Assembly: GCA_023657465.1 (NCBI GenBank)
Contig: JAGTJX010000003.1
Coordinates: forward strand, 311,889 to 375,888
Length of the DNA: 64,000 bases
Direction of reading: 5' to 3'
Source: Lysobacteraceae bacterium
Lineage (GTDB): Bacteria; Bdellovibrionota; UBA1018; JAGTJX01
The position numbers were made by a program, and so were the translations under genes. Positions 57,749 to 64,000 of the stretch are shown piece by piece (positions within the stretch are counted from its first letter, which is position 1; each line of letters opens with the position of its first letter). The notes under the pieces are model-generated. The model saw nothing but the letters and a program-made list of their open reading frames with translations, was not told the origin of the DNA and did not search any database.

Positions 57749-57835
57749 TGGTGGCTCCGAAGAGAATCGAACTCTTACACCCTTGCGAATACCAGATTTT
57801 GAGTCTGGCGCGTCTACCAATTCCGCCACAGAGCC
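57749..57835 (-). tRNA. tRNA-Leu (anticodon CAA)
   Basis: 87-nt cloverleaf GGCTCTG-TG-GCGG-AATTGGTAGAC-GCGC... with anticodon loop CTCAAAA. It has a long variable arm, T-loop TTCGATT, acceptor 3' strand CGGAGCC, discriminator A, and an encoded CCA. The D-arm is nearly identical to E. coli tRNA-Leu. Confidence 0.9.
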
Positions 57836-57863
57836 ACTCAAGGTAGAAAAATGATCTACCACA

Positions 57864-58880
57864 TCATCTGATCCAAGACCAAGATCTCATTGCAAGATCC
57901 CCGTCTGGAGAGAGATCATACTTAGCTCCCATAGGGAGCGGCGCGTTGTCGCCCCCGTGGCCACAGGGCAAACCCTGAGCAACAGGGATTTTAAACTCCT
58001 CAGTGAGTACAGAGAATATCGCAGCGATCAGATCCTTGTCCTTCACTTGAGGTCTCAATTTCTCTAGGTTCATGGGCCTTGGTGACTTGGCTATCATCGC
58101 TCGCTTCTTGGGATCTTTGATGTACTTCAATGCCCCAGGTACTTTATCGACACAATCTGTGAATGAACCCAAAACCACAGCCTTTACACCTTCGAAGAAC
58201 TTCGCGTGAATGAGGTGGTGAACCATTCGATCTAATCTTGCAGCAGTCTCTGAGAGATCTTCGAGGAAAACAATTTTTCCTTTTGCATTGAGCGAGAACT
58301 CCGTTCCCACCATATCATTCACTAGACAGAGATTTCCACCCGTCATTTCACCTGAGATCAAGTTGCGAGGTTTTTCACCTAACCATTTTAATTTTCGACC
58401 TATCCACGCTGGAGGTGTGGGCATACCTCTGATCCAAGAATAGAGCACACGTAGCTCACGAGGCTGAGCATAGAGTAGACCTCTGTGGCCTGGCATGACT
58501 GCATGAAGTGTAGACCAGTTCCATCGTGTGCGAGTAAACTCCAGAAGTGCAGTTGAGTCTGAGTATCCAATGTAAAGTTTGTGTGGGGGTAATCCACGTT
58601 TCTCGGTTTCTTTCGCAAGTAACGGAAGCAGCTGAATCGCGCCATATCCACCTCGAGCAGCCCAGACTACATCAATCGTTGGATCATAAGCTGCATCTAA
58701 GAAGTCCTTCAAACGAGTCGCAGTATCACCTGCGTAATACAAATGCTTCTTCAAAACTCCACCGTAAACCTTAGGAATGAATCCTGCTTGCTTCAGTGTT
58801 TCTAATCCCATTTTGAGTTCGTTGCGCGCAACGACGGATGAAGGCGCAACGATTGCGATGTTTTTCACTCCCAACTTCAT
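57864..58880 (-). CDS. LD-carboxypeptidase (peptidase S66, LdcA/MccF-like)
   Basis: N-terminal IAIVAPSS...LKDF..A..DP, a central Ser-containing segment and C-terminal GHGGDNAPLPMG. Confidence 0.7.
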   Translation of the reverse strand: MKLGVKNIAIVAPSSVVARNELKMGLETLKQAGFIPKVYGGVLKKHLYYAGDTATRLKDFLDAAYDPTIDVVWAARGGYGAIQLLPLLAKETEKRGLPPHKLYIGYSDSTALLEFTRTRWNWSTLHAVMPGHRGLLYAQPRELRVLYSWIRGMPTPPAWIGRKLKWLGEKPRNLISGEMTGGNLCLVNDMVGTEFSLNAKGKIVFLEDLSETAARLDRMVHHLIHAKFFEGVKAVVLGSFTDCVDKVPGALKYIKDPKKRAMIAKSPRPMNLEKLRPQVKDKDLIAAIFSVLTEEFKIPVAQGLPCGHGGDNAPLPMGAKYDLSPDGDLAMRSWSWIR

Positions 58881-59494
58881 GCTCTTTTGATCTCCCTGAT
58901 TTCTTGAACAAGTCCTGCGATTCCACCGTTATCATGCGCTGAGATCCAGTGAATCTGGGACATATCAGCATCCCAACGCTTCAATCCTTCTTTGATTTCT
59001 TTTTTAGCGGCGGCAGTTGCTTTTTGATTCTTCAATTGATCTATCTTAGTAAACACGAACCCCACATCGACTCCTAGACCTGTCAGAAACTCAATCGCCT
59101 GAATGTCGACGTCCATGAATCCACGTCTAGAGTCCATCAGTACATAAACACGTGCGAGAGACTTATCTGTTTTGAAATATTGCTCGATGAAACGATTCCA
59201 TCTGTCTCGCTCATCTTTAGAAGTCTTTGCGAATCCATAACCAGGAAGATCCGCTACGATGATCTTGTGTTCCGTCCAACGGAAGAAATGAATGCCCTTT
59301 GTTTTCCCAGGTTGCTTAGAAACATAAGCAAGTTTCTTCTCGGCAAGGACTGCATTGATCAAACTACTCTTACCAACGTTTGAACGACCAACGAACGCTA
59401 CACGTGGAGTATTGTCTCCCATGAGGTATTCATCTTTGATGACCTGCGGTATATTGGAAATATCTCCAATAGTGACTAAGTATTGTCCTGCCAT
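58877..59494 (-). CDS. engB: ribosome-biogenesis GTPase YihA/EngB
   Basis: G1 GRSNVGKSSLINAVL and G3 DLPGYGF. Confidence 0.85.
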   Translation of the reverse strand: MAGQYLVTIGDISNIPQVIKDEYLMGDNTPRVAFVGRSNVGKSSLINAVLAEKKLAYVSKQPGKTKGIHFFRWTEHKIIVADLPGYGFAKTSKDERDRWNRFIEQYFKTDKSLARVYVLMDSRRGFMDVDIQAIEFLTGLGVDVGFVFTKIDQLKNQKATAAAKKEIKEGLKRWDADMSQIHWISAHDNGGIAGLVQEIREIKRA

Positions 59495-59617
59495 GAACTT
59501 AAAATCTAAACCAAACGGTACAAAAACTAAACCATTACCAGGGATCTACTCAAAATAAACAACACTAGAGGTTGGCCCAGAGTTTGCTCAGAAGACATCT
59601 GAGAGGAAATCTGGACT

Positions 59618-60940
59618 ATGGAATCAAAATGGAACATCGAGATCACTGACCCTAGCGGAGAGAAGCGCGTGCTCAATCTCAGAAACTCGCCACTCACCAT
59701 CAACCAAGTACTGAAGGAAGAGATACCTTGTCCTGTTGAGCTCACACCTTTTTTAGGATCCTTCTGGCTGAAATCGACTGGAGCACCCGATACTGTTCGA
59801 GTCGGAGATCACTACTTCATTGATGGTCAGATCCCTGTAGAGACACCCATCACTATAGGAAACACCAAAATCACAATCAAACGAGCACCGATTGAAACAG
59901 AGCTACCTGAATTTCCCAAGGGCTACACTCCCTGGCTTGCTGCAAGTGAGTCAGGGATAGATGTGATTACTAAAACCAAGAAAATTGCAAAAACCAAACT
60001 CTCTGTCTACATCGCTGGTGAAACCGGAACCGGAAAAGAAATCTTAGCCTCCCTCATTCATGGTTGGAGCGAAAATGCTTCAGGACCATTCATTCCTCTT
60101 AACTGCGGAGCGCTCGCGGAGTCTGTCGCTGAGAGTGAACTTTTCGGTCACACTAAAGGATCATTCACTGGCGCACACAAAGATCGCCCTGGCGCACTCT
60201 TGCAAGCACATGGAGGAACGCTTTTCTTGGATGAAATCGCGGATCTCTCTCATGATCTTCAAGCAAAGCTCCTTAGATTCCTTGAAAATGGCGAGGTGAG
60301 ACCCGTGGGTTCTGACCGCATCCTTCACTCGAAAACTAGGATTGTTTGCGCCACCCACAAACCCCTTCGCCAGCTCGTAATCGATGGCAAGTTCAGGCGA
60401 GATTTGTATTATCGCTTGGCATCGATCAGTATTGAGATTCCCCCACTCCGAGCGAGATTAGAGGATATCGACTTCCTCTCGAGTGAGTTTGCTCGTGGAT
60501 GCAATCGAACACTTTCTCATCCTTCCATCATCAGATTGCGAGGTTATGAATGGCCCGGAAATGTCAGGGAGTTGAAACATGCCATTGAACGCGCCTCTAC
60601 CATGGCAAGCCAATTTGACCCGACTTTAGGATCTGAGCACTTTGAGTTTCTCAATGAAGAAGCATCATCACTCAGTGAGAATGGTAAAATCAATCCCCTG
60701 GGATCTCGAATGATGACGATGAAAGAAATCGAAAAAGCGATGGTGATGAGATCATTAAAGCTCGCGCAAGGACACAGAGCTACCGCTGCAAAGCTTCTCG
60801 GAGTCGCGCGCAGCACACTCTTTGATATGATGAAACGACATGGAATCAGAGGACCTAGAATGAGTTTTCCTGATCCAACAGCATTAACTCAATATCAGTT
60901 TAGTAAAAAACACGCGCTCCACTCGCCCATCAGGCAGTGA
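59618..60940 (+). CDS. sigma-54-dependent Fis-family transcriptional activator with FHA-like N-terminal domain (no receiver)
   Basis: [24 protein letters not shown], and a C-terminal HTH. The N-terminal 100 aa are beta-rich and FHA-like (tentative). Confidence 0.85.
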   Translation: MESKWNIEITDPSGEKRVLNLRNSPLTINQVLKEEIPCPVELTPFLGSFWLKSTGAPDTVRVGDHYFIDGQIPVETPITIGNTKITIKRAPIETELPEFPKGYTPWLAASESGIDVITKTKKIAKTKLSVYIAGETGTGKEILASLIHGWSENASGPFIPLNCGALAESVAESELFGHTKGSFTGAHKDRPGALLQAHGGTLFLDEIADLSHDLQAKLLRFLENGEVRPVGSDRILHSKTRIVCATHKPLRQLVIDGKFRRDLYYRLASISIEIPPLRARLEDIDFLSSEFARGCNRTLSHPSIIRLRGYEWPGNVRELKHAIERASTMASQFDPTLGSEHFEFLNEEASSLSENGKINPLGSRMMTMKEIEKAMVMRSLKLAQGHRATAAKLLGVARSTLFDMMKRHGIRGPRMSFPDPTALTQYQFSKKHALHSPIRQ

Positions 60941-61657
60941 GACGTTGATCTTAATCAGAATTTTTTCCTGAATGCTCTGCTTACCTGCACTACTCATTAA
61001 GTCTTTGCGAGAGAAACCAATGAGTGCTTGGCTAATTTGGTCGCGGACCTCATTCATGTGACTAGAGATATAGGCTTTGGTCGCAAGCGAATCACAGAGA
61101 ATAGTGACTTCCATTTGAGCGATGTTTTGAATATCGCGCGGCTCTGGTTCAGATAGGAGTTTCTTCATTTGGAATTGAAAAACTCCCAAGTTCAAATTCC
61201 TTTGTAAGTATTCTTCACCCAAGCGTTTCTTCTCTGCTTCGGCTTTCTTTGCTAATTCTTCGGGAGAAATCTCTTGCTGTTTCTTGATCTCTGCTTGGCT
61301 TGCTCTATATCTCATCCAAATGTTGAAGATTCCAACGCTTGAAACAATCAGTCCCAACATCGATGCGATGAAGATCCAGCCCCAAATTTTCACATGAGTT
61401 TTTTCTGAATTGATGGACTCACCTACAGCACCGAAGAGTCCCACCCGCTTAGCAATAGGTGCTGCCTTTGGTTTTTCAACTTTCTTAGGAGCATCGGTAC
61501 CCTCAGGCCCAAACCCTGCAGGTGCTTCCGCGGCTGGAGCTTCGGCTGCAGGCGCGGCTGTAGCTGTAGCTGTAGCCGGAGTGGCTGCAGGAGTTTCAGG
61601 CGTAGCTGCGGCTTGCGGCGCTGCGTCAGTAGCTGGTGTTTTAGGTTCGTCTGCCAT
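60884..61657 (-). CDS. FliL-like membrane protein with Ala/Pro-rich N-terminus (tentative)
   Basis: Single TM (IWGWIFIASMLGLIVSSVGIF). The C-terminal domain resembles FliL (QMEVTILCDSLATKAYISSHMNEVRDQI). Start at MADEPK with RBS GAGGAG. Confidence 0.45.
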   Translation of the reverse strand: MADEPKTPATDAAPQAAATPETPAATPATATATAAPAAEAPAAEAPAGFGPEGTDAPKKVEKPKAAPIAKRVGLFGAVGESINSEKTHVKIWGWIFIASMLGLIVSSVGIFNIWMRYRASQAEIKKQQEISPEELAKKAEAEKKRLGEEYLQRNLNLGVFQFQMKKLLSEPEPRDIQNIAQMEVTILCDSLATKAYISSHMNEVRDQISQALIGFSRKDLMSSAGKQSIQEKILIKINVSLPDGRVERVFFTKLILS

Positions 61658-61714
61658 AATCGTTCTCCTCTTATCGTACACCACTTTCTCATCCTGAAAA
61701 GGCATGATAGCGTC

Positions 61715-62680
61715 ATGAGTTCGATGGAAGGCTGGTTAGATTTCGAAAAGCCCATAGAGTCTTTGGAGAAGGAGTTGGACCTTCTACGTCTTGAATCCAA
61801 AGATTCTCATAAAATCAAAGACCTAGAGAATAAACTCAAAGGAGTCATTGAAGAAATCTACAAAGGACTCACTCCTTGGCAATCCGTTCAACTCTCCCGC
61901 CACCCTTTACGCCCACAGACTCGCGACTATATTGAAAACCTCTTTCCTGATTGGATGGAGCTCCATGGTGATCGAAGATTCGCAGACGATGCAGCAGTCG
62001 TCGGCGGACTCGCTACACTCCCTGGAACAAAAAAATCCGTGATGGTTATCGGCCAACAAAAAGGCAGATCCACTAGGCAGAGAATGGAAACTCACTTCGG
62101 AATGGCAAAACCTGAAGGCGTTCGTAAGGGCATCCGGCTGATGGAAACTGCTGACCGATTACAAATTCCCGTCGTGACCTTCGTCGATACTCCAGGCGCC
62201 TATCCAGGTCTAGATGCTGAAGAACGCGGACAAGCTCAAGCCATCGCAGAGTCTATCGAAGTGATGTTAGGAATCGATGTTCCCACATTAGCCATCATCA
62301 TAGGTGAAGGTGGATCAGGTGGCGCACTCGCGCTTGCAGCAGCTGATCGCGTACTCATGATGAGTCTCAGTATGTACTCTGTCATCTCTCCTGAGAGTGC
62401 GGCAGCGATTCTTTGGAGTAATTCTGGCCTAGGTGAGAAGGCAGCAGAGAAGCTCAAAATTTTCGCACCCGATCTCCTCAAGCGCAATCTCATCGATGGC
62501 GTGATTAAGGAACCACTCGGTGGCGCACACAGATCTTGGGATGCAACCTTTGATCTTGTGAAGAAAACTATTTTGAATGAAATGAAAAAATTAGAAAAAA
62601 TGCCGACACAAACCCGTTTGAAAAAACGTCACTCACGTTTTAGAGCCATTGGTAATGAAGCATTGGGAATGAGATCATGA
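61715..62680 (+). CDS. accA: acetyl-CoA carboxylase carboxyltransferase alpha subunit
   Basis: FVDTPGAYPGLDAEERGQAQAIA and IGEGGSGGALA motifs. Confidence 0.9.
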   Translation: MSSMEGWLDFEKPIESLEKELDLLRLESKDSHKIKDLENKLKGVIEEIYKGLTPWQSVQLSRHPLRPQTRDYIENLFPDWMELHGDRRFADDAAVVGGLATLPGTKKSVMVIGQQKGRSTRQRMETHFGMAKPEGVRKGIRLMETADRLQIPVVTFVDTPGAYPGLDAEERGQAQAIAESIEVMLGIDVPTLAIIIGEGGSGGALALAAADRVLMMSLSMYSVISPESAAAILWSNSGLGEKAAEKLKIFAPDLLKRNLIDGVIKEPLGGAHRSWDATFDLVKKTILNEMKKLEKMPTQTRLKKRHSRFRAIGNEALGMRS

Positions 62681-63603
62681 AACAACAAGCTCATGCATCG
62701 ATGACAGGCTTCGCAGTCATAGAAGGCAAAATCGGAAAACTCCCCGTCAAAATTGAAATCAAATCTCTCAATCACCGTTTCATCGAAATCAAACTGAGAA
62801 TCCCTCGAGAATTCACAGGATTCGATTCAGCGATCAAGTCCACACTCACACAGGGACTCAGCCGCGGCTCGATCGAGTTTAGTCTTCAATACCTAAAAGA
62901 AGACGCGAAGCCAGGAGCTAGATTCACGACCGACATGGAAGCAGCGAAGAGCTATCTCAAAGCTGCCTCAGATCTCCAAAAAAAACTCAAACTCAAAGGC
63001 AAAGTCGAAATCTCTCAACTCCTCACACGCGGAGACTTCATCAAGTATGAAGATCAGTCTTCTACTCTCGATTCTGAGAAGAACTGGGTTGAACTGAAAA
63101 CCCTCATCGACAAAGCAATCGTAGAACTCAAAGCATCACGCGAAAAAGAAGGCTCACACCTCATGAGCCGTGTATTTCATCCTATGATCGCAGACATGCG
63201 TACTGGGTTTGAGAAAATCGGTAAACTCCGAGACGAAGGCCGTGGAGCATACAAGGACAAAATCAAATCCCGCATTGATGCTCTTTTTCAAACCTACAAT
63301 GTTGAGACCCATGGTACGGAAGCCATCTTGGAGACAAGACTTGCACAAGAACTAGCTCTACTTCTCGACCGTACCGACATCGAAGAAGAGCGCGTTAGAT
63401 TCGGAAAGCACATCGATCACTTAGACAAAATTTTTCATGAGAACGGCCCCGTCGGCAAGAAGATCGACTTCGTCCTTCAAGAGCTAGGACGCGAGATCAA
63501 TACACTAGGGAACAAAGCCCAGGATGTCGCGATCTCTGAAGAAGTCGTCAAAATCAAAGTGAAGCTAGAGCAACTCCGCGAACAAGGACTGAATTTAGAA
63601 TGA
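62677..63603 (+). CDS. yicC: YicC-family stress-induced protein
   Basis: MTGFAVIEG...IKSLNHRF N-terminus and DUF1732-like C-terminus (VLQELGREINTLGNKAQD). Confidence 0.8.
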   Translation: MKQQAHASMTGFAVIEGKIGKLPVKIEIKSLNHRFIEIKLRIPREFTGFDSAIKSTLTQGLSRGSIEFSLQYLKEDAKPGARFTTDMEAAKSYLKAASDLQKKLKLKGKVEISQLLTRGDFIKYEDQSSTLDSEKNWVELKTLIDKAIVELKASREKEGSHLMSRVFHPMIADMRTGFEKIGKLRDEGRGAYKDKIKSRIDALFQTYNVETHGTEAILETRLAQELALLLDRTDIEEERVRFGKHIDHLDKIFHENGPVGKKIDFVLQELGREINTLGNKAQDVAISEEVVKIKVKLEQLREQGLNLE

Positions 63604-64000
63604 GCAAACCCAAACTCATTATCGTATCCGCTCCATCCGGGGCAGGCAAAAGCACACTCTGTCAGAGGCTACTCAAGGACTATCCTGAAAAGTTTAAGTT
63701 TTCGATTTCGTCCACGACTCGTAAACCTCGTGGCCAGGAACAAAACGGCAAGGAATATCACTTCCTCTCCAAGCCTGAGTTCCAAAAAGGAATCGAAGCT
63801 GGACAATTCGCTGAATGGGCAAACGTGCATGATGAGTTCTATGGAACTTCAAAGTCAGAAATCGATGCAGCTTTCTTAGCAGGCAAGTCCATCATTTTAG
63901 ATATCGACGTCCAAGGAGCAGCAAGTCTCCGTAAGAGTTATCCTAATCAGCACATTGATATTTTCGTAGCACCACCCTCTCTTGAAGTACTCGAACAACG
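63600..64000 (+). CDS. gmk: guanylate kinase (N-terminal part; continues past the window edge)
   Basis: P-loop SAPSGAGKSTL with SSTTRKPRGQE. The ATG overlaps the yicC stop. Confidence 0.85.
   Translation, partial: MSKPKLIIVSAPSGAGKSTLCQRLLKDYPEKFKFSISSTTRKPRGQEQNGKEYHFLSKPEFQKGIEAGQFAEWANVHDEFYGTSKSEIDAAFLAGKSIILDIDVQGAASLRKSYPNQHIDIFVAPPSLEVLEQ

Noticed and set aside
61410-61697. 95-aa Ala-rich plus-strand ORF
   Set aside because: It is antisense to the Ala/Pro-rich N-terminal coding region of the FliL-like gene. The GC-rich repetitive codons stay open in the opposite frame, so it is an artefact.
1-64000. CRISPR arrays
   Set aside because: There are no runs of regularly spaced direct repeats 25-40 bp long anywhere in the window. 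The only short tandem repeat is the (AAT)n at 19063-19079.

Overview
This window looks like a chromosomal segment from a sigma-54-rich, predominantly Gram-negative-type genome; the gene content is Bdellovibrio-like, but that placement is tentative. Three blocks stand out. First, roughly 19.4-33.3 kb is an accessory region. It holds a decayed paralog of a PAS histidine kinase, a frame-disrupted hypothetical gene, and a compact integrative conjugative-element-like module. That module runs on the minus strand: integrase, excisionase, replication-relaxation protein, FtsK-like coupling ATPase, then a VirB2/3/4/5/6/8/9/10-like set. VirB4 and the integrase are each split across two reading frames. 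Second, 34-44 kb is a sigma-54-driven stress regulon with at least four recognisable -24/-12 promoters. It encodes an NtrC-type activator, Dps, two tandem universal stress proteins, a CBS protein, Hsp20, an MBL/beta-CASP nuclease, two host-attachment-family proteins and a PAS kinase. Third, around 53.8-57.8 kb a small islet abuts tRNA-Leu(CAA). It carries an 820-aa SMC/Rad50-like ATPase with a central CPxC zinc hook and an unrecognised cysteine-rich C-terminal extension. The ATPase is translationally coupled to an 86-aa acidic protein and flanked by an XRE regulator. I rate this the best candidate for an undescribed defence or DNA-surveillance module. Two other notable items: a queuine tRNA-ribosyltransferase fused to an MnmC(m)/MnmD-like aminomethyl methyltransferase domain, and a roughly 580-bp cassette with 50-bp inverted repeats carrying only an XRE HTH gene, inserted between two convergent genes. 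The rest is housekeeping or secreted-protein genes. Several of these are frame-disrupted, so sequencing indels cannot be excluded. All functional calls come from motif recognition by eye; no database searches were run.
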